Below, piece after piece: positions 18,972 to 28,553 of a stretch of 64,000 nucleotides of DNA. The stretch is from an uncultured Planctomycetota bacterium (GTDB lineage: Bacteria > Planctomycetota > Phycisphaerae > Tepidisphaerales > Tepidisphaeraceae), in the NCBI GenBank assembly GCA_963841915.1, contig CAWJEN010000003.1:128001-192000 (forward strand), given 5' to 3'. Positions within the stretch are counted from its first letter, which is position 1. The number at the start of each line of letters is the position of its first letter. Made by a program: the position numbers and the translations under genes. Below the pieces are notes generated by a model, which saw only the letters and a list, made by a program, of their open reading frames with translations, was not told the origin of the DNA and made no database searches.

Positions 18972-19799
18972 TCACTCGTCGGCGTCCGGTGGCGATTCCT
19001 GCAGCCGATATCCGACTCCGCGCACCGTGTGGACGAGCCAATTGTGCTCGCCGAGCTTTCGGCGAATGGCCGTCACGTGGACGTCGATCGCGCGATCCGT
19101 CACGTAGACGTCGGTGCCCATCGCCTTATCCATCAGGCGATCGCGACTAAGCACGGTACCTCCTGCCTCTACAAGGGCTTTGAGCAGCTTGAACTCGGTG
19201 AGCGTGAGCTTCACCGGCTCACCGGCGGCGTTGACTTCGTGCTTGTCCGTGTCGATCACGAGCGGGCCGACGGTCAGCATCCCGGGCTGATCCCCGTCAG
19301 ACCCGGCCGCCGCCTCACGCTGCCGCCGCCGCATCACCGCCTGAATTCGAGCGATAAGCACCTTGGGGCTGAACGGCTTGCACACGTAATCGTCGGCGCC
19401 AAGAGACAGGCCCACGACGACATCCGTCTCCTCGCCCCGAGCGCTGAGCATGACGATGGGCGTGTTCGCAATGACCTGATCCGCCCGGACACGCCTGGCA
19501 ACCTCCAAGCCGTCAAGGCCCGGCAGCATCAGATCGAGCAACACGAGGTCAGGCTTGTGTCGCTTGACCATCTCCAGGGCTCGTTCACCGTCACCGGCAG
19601 CGACAACTTCGTAGCCGTTGCATTCGAGGTTCATGTGGATGAGCTCGACCAAATCGGCCTCGTCGTCGACGACCAGCACGAGTGGCTTGCTCCGCGTAGG
19701 CGAGGCGTCGTCGGCCACATCGGCTTGACCGGCGGCCTTCTGACGAGACCGCTGGAGCAGCGGGGCGGGTGGGATAGCGGGGCGACTGGCCGAGACCAT
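18972..19799 (-). CDS. OmpR/PhoB-family response regulator
   Basis: VVDDE, LDLMLPGLDG, GADDY.CKPF, wHTH RAIDVHV..TVRGVGY. Confidence 0.93.
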   Translation of the reverse strand: MVSASRPAIPPAPLLQRSRQKAAGQADVADDASPTRSKPLVLVVDDEADLVELIHMNLECNGYEVVAAGDGERALEMVKRHKPDLVLLDLMLPGLDGLEVARRVRADQVIANTPIVMLSARGEETDVVVGLSLGADDYVCKPFSPKVLIARIQAVMRRRQREAAAGSDGDQPGMLTVGPLVIDTDKHEVNAAGEPVKLTLTEFKLLKALVEAGGTVLSRDRLMDKAMGTDVYVTDRAIDVHVTAIRRKLGEHNWLVHTVRGVGYRLQESPPDADE

Positions 19800-19890
19800 G
19801 TGAGCGTACTTGAAACACTCAAGGCCCTAACGTCAACCCGATTTTGCACAACCGCGGCAATCCGTACGCAACCTTAACGTAAGCTGCCAC

Positions 19891-20274
19891 GTGGACCTCA
19901 CGCCGAAGCGACTCGACCTCAAGCGTGACGAACGCCTCAGCATCGACTGGTCAGACGGCTCAGCCACGACCGCCACCGTCAGCCTGCTCCGCCAGTTGTG
20001 CCCGTGTGCGATGTGCAAGATCGCCCGAGAAGGCGTCGATCCGCACCAGCTGTTCAGGCCAGCGACGCCCGAAGAGGCCGAGCAGGCAGAGCGACCGAAG
20101 CCGAAGAAAATGAAGCTCAATGTCGTACCACCGTCGCTGGCAAAGGAAGAGCGTGTGACGGTGGAGAAGGCCGAGATGATCGGCAACTACGCGATCAAGC
20201 TTCACTTCACCGACGGCCACTCAAGTGGCATCTTCACGTGGTCGTACCTCCGAGACATCAGCAAAACCGCTTAA
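19891..20274 (+). CDS. DUF971 (GBBH N-terminal-like) protein
   Basis: LRQLCPCAMC, IGNYAI..FTDGHSSGIFTWSYL. Confidence 0.85.
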   Translation: MDLTPKRLDLKRDERLSIDWSDGSATTATVSLLRQLCPCAMCKIAREGVDPHQLFRPATPEEAEQAERPKPKKMKLNVVPPSLAKEERVTVEKAEMIGNYAIKLHFTDGHSSGIFTWSYLRDISKTA

Positions 20275-21677
20275 AGGTCGGCCATCGCCTGCTGGAGTCG
20301 TCGGACCTCGCGGATGGCCATTCCACCAAGCTTGGGGCGCCTGCCGTGCATGGTCGGCACGACGCCGTGACCGACACCGAGCCGGCTCGCCTCGATCAAT
20401 CGCGTCTCGATCTGTGACACCGGCCGAACTTCGCCCGCGAGACCGAGTTCGCCGAGACAAAGCGTGCCCGGTGGTAGCGGGCGGTTGAAGTGGGCCGACG
20501 TGATGGCCATGGCAACTGCCAGGTCGATGGCCGGCTCCGTCACCTTCACGCCACCGGCAACATTGACGAAGACGTCATCTGCCGCGAGCTTGAGGTCGCC
20601 CCGTTTCTCCAACACCGCGATAATCATGGCTGTCCGGTCGCTGCTGAAGCCGCTGACCTTGCGACGGGCGCTGCCGATGACGCTGCTAGCCGTGAGAGCC
20701 TGCACCTCGACCAGAAGCGGGCGACTGCCCTGCAAGGCGACAGTTAACACGCTGCCACTCGGCGCGGCCCCGTCGGCGTACTGCTCGGCGAAGATGCGGC
20801 CAGGATCCTTAACTTCGGCCAGTCCACGACCGGTCATCTCGAACAGGCCGACCTCGTGTGTGCTTCCGAAGCGGTTTTTCACGCACCGGACTACACGGTG
20901 GGCGTGGTAACGATCGCCTTCAAAGTAGACGACGGTGTCGACCACGTGCTCGACGAGCTTCGGGCCGGCAAGGGTGCCTTGCTTGGTCACATGGCCCACA
21001 AGCACGACTGCTGCACCCGTTTGCTTAGCGAGGTAGACGAGGTCCATGCACGCCTCGCGCAGCTGCGTCACGCTGCCAGGGGCGGCAGGCAGGTCGGGCT
21101 TGTAGACCATCTGCAGCGAGTCGATCACGACGACGCGAGCCTTCGTCGCATGGATCTGGTGGATGATCCGCGTCAGGTTCGACTCGGCCAGCACCAGCAG
21201 GTGATCGCTCGGCACCTCCAGCCGTTCCGCCCGAAGCTTTGTCTGCCTGGCAGATTCCTCGCTGGTGACGTAGAGCACAGGCGCTTCGCCACCTTTGCGA
21301 CCGGCCCAACGAGCAGCGGCCTGGAGAAGCAGCGTCGACTTACCGATGCCCGGCTCACCGCCGACGAGCACCGCCATGCCGCTGACCAACCCACCGCCTA
21401 GGACGCGGTCGAATTCACCAATGCCGCTGGGCCAACGGGTTTCCTTGTCTGCCTTTTCGACGTCACGCAGCCGAACCGGCTTGGCATCAGGCATGGCCGC
21501 ACCGTCGGCTGATTTGGGGGCGGCCAGGCGAGACTTTCGGTCGTCGACGGGCTCAGCACGCTGCTCCTCCAAGCTGTCCCACGTGCCGCAGTCCGGGCAC
21601 TTGCCCATCCATTTGGGGTGGATAGAGCCGCACTGCGAGCAGACGAACTGGGCGCGGGCCGCCTTGGTTTTGGCCAT
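20271..21677 (-). CDS. radA: DNA repair protein RadA/Sms
   Basis: C4 zinc finger, GEPGIGKST, KNRFG, Lon-like C-terminus. Confidence 0.97.
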   Translation of the reverse strand: MAKTKAARAQFVCSQCGSIHPKWMGKCPDCGTWDSLEEQRAEPVDDRKSRLAAPKSADGAAMPDAKPVRLRDVEKADKETRWPSGIGEFDRVLGGGLVSGMAVLVGGEPGIGKSTLLLQAAARWAGRKGGEAPVLYVTSEESARQTKLRAERLEVPSDHLLVLAESNLTRIIHQIHATKARVVVIDSLQMVYKPDLPAAPGSVTQLREACMDLVYLAKQTGAAVVLVGHVTKQGTLAGPKLVEHVVDTVVYFEGDRYHAHRVVRCVKNRFGSTHEVGLFEMTGRGLAEVKDPGRIFAEQYADGAAPSGSVLTVALQGSRPLLVEVQALTASSVIGSARRKVSGFSSDRTAMIIAVLEKRGDLKLAADDVFVNVAGGVKVTEPAIDLAVAMAITSAHFNRPLPPGTLCLGELGLAGEVRPVSQIETRLIEASRLGVGHGVVPTMHGRRPKLGGMAIREVRRLQQAMADL

Positions 21678-21724
21678 GGCCGCATCCTACGCCACGCGTT
21701 CGCACTTCGTTAGGATCAGCTCCA

Positions 21725-24073
21725 TCAGGCGCTCGGCAGCAGTCGAATCGAGTCAGCGAACGCGACGCCGGACACCGAGCTGAACTCTACAACCGTCTCG
21801 TCATCGAACGCGAACTCGCCAACAAGCACCTCCGCACCGCGAGACGAACCTGTCACCGTGCGTGAACCGAGCACTTCACCTGCGCCATTGATGACGCGGA
21901 TCAGCGTCGAGCCGAAGCCGGCCACATCCGGCACCGATGTCAGCACCGTAAACTGTCGAGACTCGTCAAACTCGAACATCGGATCAAAGGTGACGGTGCC
22001 GCTCGTGCCGCTGAGGTAGCCCAAGGCAACGGCATCTGCCGTGACCTCGCGGTCGAAGTTGCCGTCGAAGCTGACCATCTCGCTGTCATCGTCGATGAAC
22101 AGCTCCGTTTGGCCAAGCGTGCGAGCGATGGCGCGGCCGGCGAACGGGGTGTTGCCCACCGTGTTGAAGGCACGGACGCGGAAGAATCGTTCAAGATTCG
22201 GGAACGAGTCGCCGAGATCGACGGTCTGTTGGTAGCGGCCGGTGCCTTCTTGGGCCGGCAGGAAGATTGTGCGGACCTGCTCGAAGGCCGCGTCCTCGCG
22301 GCCGTCGGCGAAGGCGAAGTCGAAGGTATCAAACTTGCCGATTTCGTCCGTGACCTGCAGAACAAACCCGCTCTCGTTGTCGGCGTTGTCGTCAAAGACG
22401 ATGCTGTACTCGCTGTCGGACGAGCCAAAGACGCGGAAGTCGGTCGGCCGAACGGGAATCTCCGTCTGAGAATTGTCGACAGTTGTCGACGCCTGTCGCA
22501 CGGTGAATGCGCCCACCGAGTCGTACGCTGCCGCGTAGAACTGGACGTTGCCCTCGTCGAGCCCGGTCGTGTCGATCGTGACGTCGAAGCCGTCGCTCGA
22601 GTCGCCATCTTCTGCAACGATGGTGTCTGCCGATGTTGCCGTGCCGCGACGGACGTCGCCGGGTGTTTGAAGCCCGTCTTGTCCGTTGCTTTCGCGGTAG
22701 AAGACGACGCTGGCAATGCGGTCATCTGCGTCGACATCGCCGGAAAACTCTGCAATTTCCGTCGTGTCGACCTCAGCAAGCAGACGTAGATCCTGGCCGG
22801 ATGCCACGACAGGCGTGCTGACGTTAAAGAAGAAAGGTTGCGGCGCGACGTTGTACCGGAGGCCGAAATTCGTGTCGGTGACCGAGGTCGTGTCGTCTTC
22901 CAGCAGGACTTCAATCTGGAAAGGCGTCGGCAGCCCTCCGGTCCCGCCGGAGACACCGGGATCAGAAGCAAGCGGTCCGACCCCGAGCAAAGGCCCCGAC
23001 GGACCATCGGGGTCATAGAAGTCACTCGCCCGGTAGTTGACGCCGTAGCCCAGATCCTGCACAGCGGCAAGGCTAATCCGGCTGAGCGGGTTGATCGGCT
23101 CTGCGTCAGCCGGTCGACCGTCGTTGGCTTCGGCCTCCGGACTCATCAGCTCGGATTCGAAAACATTCTCCCGCCAGTGGGCCTCGGTGTTGATCTCGAT
23201 TGGAACCGAAGTGGCTGCCGGATCTTCAAAGGTCCGCTGATATTCGAAGAGCGCGTTGTCTCCGATATACGCGACATCGCTCGTCCCGCGGTCGATCAGT
23301 CGGTTGTCCCAGATTGTGCCAATCCCAATGATGTGCCCGATCTCGTGGACGACCGTTTCCACGAACTGCCGGCCGGGCTCGTCGAAGAACGTGTTGATCG
23401 TGATCTGACCGGCATAAGGGATGCCGACGGGCCCGAAGAAGTCACTCAAATTCTCAGTTCCGGGCCGAAACAGGTTCGGCCCGGCAGACGCGAGCGGACC
23501 GCCCGGACCCTGGTTCGTAGCAACCACCGTGATTGCCAGGTCATCGACTCCGTCGATGTCAGGCAGGTCATTAACAATGATCTCCTCCCACCTATTGACG
23601 GCAGTCTCGACCAGAAGTTCGAGCTCGGTGGTGAGATTTGCCCGACTCAGATCATAATCAATGTTGAAGCCGACGTTGCTTCGACCCGCCAGACCCGGTG
23701 CGGTCTGACCAAGCGTGACGTCCCTGATGGGCACGATGGACCCGTCGCGGAGTTGCGTCGTCGTCGGCACCGGCGCCGAGTCTGGAATTTCCAGCACGGT
23801 CCCGATGGCGTAAGTGCCGGCCGGCAAGTCATTGAAGGCGAAGGTGCCGTTGTCGTTGGTCAACGTTGTCGGCTCACCATCATCGAGGATGCCGTTCTTG
23901 TTCTCGTCGATGTAGACGGTGACATCTGCAAAATCGTCCTCGAAGAAGTTCTTGACGCCGTCACTGTCGCTGTCGAAGAAGACGTTGCCCTCGATGGTCG
24001 CCAGAAGGCGGCGGTCTTCGAGCTTCTCAATGGTGGTGCAGGCGGCGGTACGGACGGGGCGCGAGAGCGGCAT
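21725..24073 (-). CDS. Extracellular leishmanolysin-like (M8) zinc metalloprotease with SdrD-B-like and Ig/FN3-like domains
   Basis: IEKLEDRRLLA planctomycete motif; GNVFFDSDSDG..DENKNG; HEIGHIIG, AHW, ELM, QDLGY. Confidence 0.8.
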   Translation of the reverse strand: MPLSRPVRTAACTTIEKLEDRRLLATIEGNVFFDSDSDGVKNFFEDDFADVTVYIDENKNGILDDGEPTTLTNDNGTFAFNDLPAGTYAIGTVLEIPDSAPVPTTTQLRDGSIVPIRDVTLGQTAPGLAGRSNVGFNIDYDLSRANLTTELELLVETAVNRWEEIIVNDLPDIDGVDDLAITVVATNQGPGGPLASAGPNLFRPGTENLSDFFGPVGIPYAGQITINTFFDEPGRQFVETVVHEIGHIIGIGTIWDNRLIDRGTSDVAYIGDNALFEYQRTFEDPAATSVPIEINTEAHWRENVFESELMSPEAEANDGRPADAEPINPLSRISLAAVQDLGYGVNYRASDFYDPDGPSGPLLGVGPLASDPGVSGGTGGLPTPFQIEVLLEDDTTSVTDTNFGLRYNVAPQPFFFNVSTPVVASGQDLRLLAEVDTTEIAEFSGDVDADDRIASVVFYRESNGQDGLQTPGDVRRGTATSADTIVAEDGDSSDGFDVTIDTTGLDEGNVQFYAAAYDSVGAFTVRQASTTVDNSQTEIPVRPTDFRVFGSSDSEYSIVFDDNADNESGFVLQVTDEIGKFDTFDFAFADGREDAAFEQVRTIFLPAQEGTGRYQQTVDLGDSFPNLERFFRVRAFNTVGNTPFAGRAIARTLGQTELFIDDDSEMVSFDGNFDREVTADAVALGYLSGTSGTVTFDPMFEFDESRQFTVLTSVPDVAGFGSTLIRVINGAGEVLGSRTVTGSSRGAEVLVGEFAFDDETVVEFSSVSGVAFADSIRLLPSA

Positions 24074-24362
24074 GATGAACAGGGTTGGCGCGGCGAGGCG
24101 GACGAATGCTGCGGGCCACCTGGCAGGCGGCGGTGAAGGCTCGGCGGGTGCGGAACCTGTGGTGGGACCCGGATCGTCGCCAAACCCTGCCGCGGTGTCA
24201 ATCGAGCAGGGCGTGCGACACGTTCCGGTAATGTCGTTGCTCCTTAGACGCATCGATAGACGTCCGGTTCGCGAAACTCGACTACGGTGCGACGTGAGTG
24301 AGTTGTTGCCCCTATCTGCCGAGCGAGAACGTGACATCAGACGGGCAGCTGCGAAACGATGG

Positions 24363-25367
24363 ATGCCGCCGAGCTTCGAGACGCCGCTTGTCGAGCATTA
24401 CAACCGTCCCGGTCTCGATTTTTGGGATGAGGCGGCGCTGATGCCGCGTGCGGTGGAGGGTCGCATCATCGACTGTCACAGCCACCTGCTCGATGCAGCC
24501 CACGCCGACGCGTGGTTTCAGGCCGCCGACGCGTACGGCATCGACCACACAATCACAATGTCGCCGCTGGAGGAGACGCTGAGGCTCCTTCGCGGCCCCT
24601 ACGCCGATCGCCTGACGTTCATCGCCGTCCCCGCCTGGCAGCGGGGCGGATACGACGAAGACAACTTCTGGCCCCGAGTCAAGGCCTTCTACGACCTGGG
24701 CGTCCGCGTGGTGAAGTTTCACCTCGCCCCCGGCACAATGCAGAAGTCCGACCTGTTCCTTGGCAGCGACAGGCTGCGAAGCTACATCGACCGTGCGGCT
24801 TTGATGGGCATGATCATCATGACCCACATCGGTGACCCACAGGCGTGGTACGACCACCCCGACAAGTACGGCAGTGATGCCGAGTTCTGGGGCACGCGTG
24901 AGCAGCACTACGACGCCTGGGAGCAACTTCTGGAGCACACCGGCGGCCAGCCGTGGTGGGGCGCACATCTTGGCGGCTGGCCCGAAAACCCTGAGCGACT
25001 CGCACACCTGCTGCGGACCTATCCCGACCTAACGCTCGACCTGTCAGCCACGACGTGGATGGCCCGTGAGGTCTCACTGCAACGGGATGTCATGCGACGC
25101 TTCGTGATCGAGTTCCAAGACCGCCTCATGTGGGGCAGTGATCAGGTGAGTCAGGACGCCCGCAACGCCGACTTCTACGCGAGTCGCTGGTGGACGCACC
25201 GCAAGCTGTGGGAGAGCAACTTCGAAGGTCACTCGCCCATACGAGACGCAGCCGCGCCGGGCGGCGTGGCGGTGCTGAAGGGTCTCGATCTACCGGCGGA
25301 CGTCCTTGCAAAGCTGTACCGCGAGAACATTCGTCGCCTGCTTGGCCGCGTTTCTGTCACCGTCTGA
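24363..25367 (+). CDS. Amidohydrolase-family protein
   Basis: IIDCHSH, KFH, HIGDP, AHLGG, WGSD. Confidence 0.8.
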   Translation: MPPSFETPLVEHYNRPGLDFWDEAALMPRAVEGRIIDCHSHLLDAAHADAWFQAADAYGIDHTITMSPLEETLRLLRGPYADRLTFIAVPAWQRGGYDEDNFWPRVKAFYDLGVRVVKFHLAPGTMQKSDLFLGSDRLRSYIDRAALMGMIIMTHIGDPQAWYDHPDKYGSDAEFWGTREQHYDAWEQLLEHTGGQPWWGAHLGGWPENPERLAHLLRTYPDLTLDLSATTWMAREVSLQRDVMRRFVIEFQDRLMWGSDQVSQDARNADFYASRWWTHRKLWESNFEGHSPIRDAAAPGGVAVLKGLDLPADVLAKLYRENIRRLLGRVSVTV

Positions 25368-25375
25368 GCTACGTG

Positions 25376-25957
25376 TTACTCGAGCTTGCGCGTTGCCTCG
25401 AAGCTGCGCCCGGTCAGGCCGTCTTCATAGGTCGCCTTGATCAATAGGTCCGCATCGTCGGCAGGCTTGGCATCGGCATCGATGAGGTCGCACGTCAGCA
25501 CGTATCCGCTGAACAATGCACCGCTTTGCCAGCACTTCTTCGCCTCATCAATTGGAAATGTCCAGGTGCCGACCCTCACCTGCTCGCCGCCGTTGAGGTT
25601 GAAGGCTTCGACCCGAACGCCACCCGCGGCCTTGAAGGCGCTGCCATCGTCGTCCGTCGGCGTCAGGTAGACCTTGAGATTGTCGCCCTCACGGCCGGTG
25701 AGGCGTCCGAACTCGATGCCGCCGACCGTGAACAGCTGCTCAAGTCGGTCCTGGGGCAGCGTGGCCAGCGTGCCGCGGTCACTTTCGAGCGCCCGCGCCT
25801 GGCTGCGGAGCTGCTCATTGACACGCGTCAGCTCCTCGACCTTCGCCTGTAGCTCTTGATTCCTCTTTCGAAGATCCGTGTTGGCCTTATTCGGCTGTGA
25901 GCAGCCGGCAAGGGTCAAGACCAACAGCAGAGCGATGGCGAGGCGGGCGTTACTCAT
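25376..25957 (-). CDS. Lipoprotein with coiled coil, unknown function
   Basis: Lipobox LAGC followed by a heptad segment; start overlaps the clpP stop (ATGAGTAA). Confidence 0.75.
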   Translation of the reverse strand: MSNARLAIALLLVLTLAGCSQPNKANTDLRKRNQELQAKVEELTRVNEQLRSQARALESDRGTLATLPQDRLEQLFTVGGIEFGRLTGREGDNLKVYLTPTDDDGSAFKAAGGVRVEAFNLNGGEQVRVGTWTFPIDEAKKCWQSGALFSGYVLTCDLIDADAKPADDADLLIKATYEDGLTGRSFEATRKLE

Positions 25958-26585
25958 TTTCGTGATCCGGCTTGTGGTGCGTGAACGTCTCCGGTGCCCG
26001 CTCGAGCACCTTGTCGGCGCACCCGTACTCGACGGCCTCTTCAGCAAAGAGCCACTTGTTGCGGTCGAAGTCGCGGTGGATCGTGTCGTAGTCTTTGCCC
26101 GTCCACTCGGCCATCATGTGGTACAAGCGGTCGCGCAGGCGGATCATGTGCTTGGCCTCGATGCCGAGGTCCGTCGCCTGACCCTGCATGACGCCGCCCA
26201 GGAGCGGCTGGTGGAGCATGACCTGGCTGTTGCGCAGGACGTACCGCTTGCCCTTGGTGCCTGCTGACAGGAGGGCCGAGCCCATCGACGCGGCCATGCC
26301 GATGCCGTAGGTAGCGACGTCGCACCGCAGGAACGACATGGTGTCGAGGATACCAAATCCTGCCGAGACACTGCCACCGGGGCTGTTGACGTAGAAGTGG
26401 ATGTCGGCCTCAGGGTCTTCGGTCGAGAGGAAGAGCATCTGGGCGATGATCAGCTGGGCCGAGTCGTCGGTGACGGGCCCGCCGAGCATGATGATGCGAT
26501 CTTTGAGAAGGCGAGAGAAGATGTCGAACGCCCGCTCACCGCGGCCGCTCTTCTCGATCACCATTGGGACGAGTGTGTTGTTCAT
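25950..26585 (-). CDS. clpP: ClpP protease subunit (triad Asp replaced by Asn)
   Basis: [42 protein letters not shown]. Confidence 0.93.
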   Translation of the reverse strand: MNNTLVPMVIEKSGRGERAFDIFSRLLKDRIIMLGGPVTDDSAQLIIAQMLFLSTEDPEADIHFYVNSPGGSVSAGFGILDTMSFLRCDVATYGIGMAASMGSALLSAGTKGKRYVLRNSQVMLHQPLLGGVMQGQATDLGIEAKHMIRLRDRLYHMMAEWTGKDYDTIHRDFDRNKWLFAEEAVEYGCADKVLERAPETFTHHKPDHENE

Positions 26586-26658
26586 TAGTGTCGTCTTTAA
26601 GTGGGCCTGGCCCACCATCTGTTGCAAGTGCAGTGCGTGGTCTGATGCCGGTGGCGGC

Positions 26659-27369
26659 TTACTTCTCCTTAGTTCCATCGACCGCTTCGGCGACGACCTC
26701 GGCATCTTCGTCGGCACCAAGGACTTCGTCGACAAGGCCGTACTCAACGGCCTCTTTCGCGCTGAAGAACCGGTCGCGCTCGGCATCTTCGGCAATCTTC
26801 TCGACCGTCTGGCCGGTGCTCTTGGCAAGAATTTTGTTGAGATTTTCCTTCGTCTTGAGGATTTCCTCGGCTTGGATCTCGATGTCGCTGGTCTGGCCGT
26901 ACACGCCGCCGTGCGGCTGGTGGATCATGACCTTGGCATTGGGCAGGATGAACCGCTTGCCCTTGGTGCCCGCCGCCAGCACGATTGCGCCGCCGCTCTC
27001 GGCCCGGCCGATGCAGTAGGTGGCGACGTCACAGGTGAGGAACTTCATGACGTCGTACATGGCCAGCGTGTCGTCAACGACGCCGCCGGGGCTGTTGATG
27101 TAGAAATTGATGTCCTGATCACGCTTGACGCTCTGCAGGTACATCATCTGCATGATGACGCGGCTGGCCGAGGCGTGGTTGATCTCACCGACGAGGAAGA
27201 CGACGCGGTTTTCGAGGAGCATTTCCTCGAGCGTCATCTCCCGCGTCCGCTGATACCCACCGCCACCCGGGGCAGCCATGGGCATGTTGCGGGTCGGGTA
27301 ACTTGCCGGATGATTGGGTCCGCGGCCGGCCATGTTGCCGAGCGTCGCGAGGGTCTGCGGGTCGAGCAT
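26659..27369 (-). CDS. clpP: ClpP protease subunit (intact triad)
   Basis: LLENRVVFL, INSPGG, AESGG, MIHQP, ERDRFFSA. Confidence 0.93.
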   Translation of the reverse strand: MLDPQTLATLGNMAGRGPNHPASYPTRNMPMAAPGGGGYQRTREMTLEEMLLENRVVFLVGEINHASASRVIMQMMYLQSVKRDQDINFYINSPGGVVDDTLAMYDVMKFLTCDVATYCIGRAESGGAIVLAAGTKGKRFILPNAKVMIHQPHGGVYGQTSDIEIQAEEILKTKENLNKILAKSTGQTVEKIAEDAERDRFFSAKEAVEYGLVDEVLGADEDAEVVAEAVDGTKEK

Positions 27370-27415
27370 GCCGGACCCTATGCCGTCGCAATCGGCTGCG
27401 CGCAAGCTGTTTCTT

Positions 27416-28453
27416 CTAACGCTTCGGTACGAAGCGGCAAACGCAGTCGTACAAGTCGCCGCCGACGTGGCGGGCGATGGACTCGTCCTTTAGCATGGCC
27501 AGATTCAGGCGGTCGCAGACGAGATCGGCGTCGAAGTTGCTCTCGACGCCGCGGCCCATGCCTTCGAGCACCACCAGATCCGCACCCGCAGCGGCAGCGT
27601 TGAGCTCGGGGCTAACCTGTCGCAGATCGATCAGCGGATCGCCCGTGCCGGTGGAGACAATCTTGACAGACAGGTCGCGGATGACTCGCGGCAGTCGCGG
27701 CCACAGCTCGCGCACCTCGGCAGCCGTGACGTCATTCAGACTCGGCTCGTGGTTGCACGCCAGCACGATCTGCGAGCCCGGCGTACTCGCCAGCCACAGG
27801 AACGGCAAGACGCCCAACACAAAGTCGCTGCCTGCGTTGTCAGCGAAGAAGACGGTCTTCTTCGGCGGGCTCGCGTTGACGCGGGCGCGGAAAGCGTCGA
27901 GGTCGTCGTGCAGCCACGGCCGGGGCTTGAGATTCGCCCGCGTCTCCAGGAAGTCGGGCGAGGCGTCCTTGAACTTCCCGGCCGTTGCCTTGGCCCCCAT
28001 ATCAAAGATGTTGCCGGCAAAGACACCCTCGACAGCGAGCTGCACAGGGTCTTCGCTTGTCTCGATCTCGTGCACCACGTGCTCGAGTAGCGGGAGCATG
28101 AGGTTGTTTTCCCGTGCCTTTTGAGCGACGAAGGCATCGGCAAAGCCGTTGTCGCGCAGGGCGTCGTCCCGCCAACGGTCGAGCGTGAAAAGCGTGACCT
28201 CGCCGAAGGCGGTGGGATTTTGCACAAAGGCATCAAGCTGTTGTCGCAGCTGAACGGCGACACCCGCGGCTCGCCCTCGAGCGTCAGCGGTGTCGCCCTG
28301 TGCAGCGACGCCAATGCTGGTGATGGTGGCAATGTGCGACGTGAAGAAGTCGACCCAGTACTCCCGGAGGCTCGCATCCGCCACAAGGTCGAGCGGGCAA
28401 GGACGATACGTCGCAGGGTCGCGAAGCAGAACGAACGGTTCCAGCGTGGGCAT
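27416..28453 (-). CDS. DUF89/ARMT1-like damage-control phosphatase, PANK4-type
   Basis: AGNIFDMGA, RPWLHDD, FADNAGSD..LG, PSLNDVT, LEGMGR. Confidence 0.85.
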   Translation of the reverse strand: MPTLEPFVLLRDPATYRPCPLDLVADASLREYWVDFFTSHIATITSIGVAAQGDTADARGRAAGVAVQLRQQLDAFVQNPTAFGEVTLFTLDRWRDDALRDNGFADAFVAQKARENNLMLPLLEHVVHEIETSEDPVQLAVEGVFAGNIFDMGAKATAGKFKDASPDFLETRANLKPRPWLHDDLDAFRARVNASPPKKTVFFADNAGSDFVLGVLPFLWLASTPGSQIVLACNHEPSLNDVTAAEVRELWPRLPRVIRDLSVKIVSTGTGDPLIDLRQVSPELNAAAAGADLVVLEGMGRGVESNFDADLVCDRLNLAMLKDESIARHVGGDLYDCVCRFVPKR

Positions 28454-28553
28454 GTGCGGCACCGTAGCGGCGGCCCGAGCTCTCCTCTCGAGACGTGAGT
28501 CGGCACGCTCACGGCCTTTGTATGCGATCGTCCTGATCCGTACGCTGCAGCTC

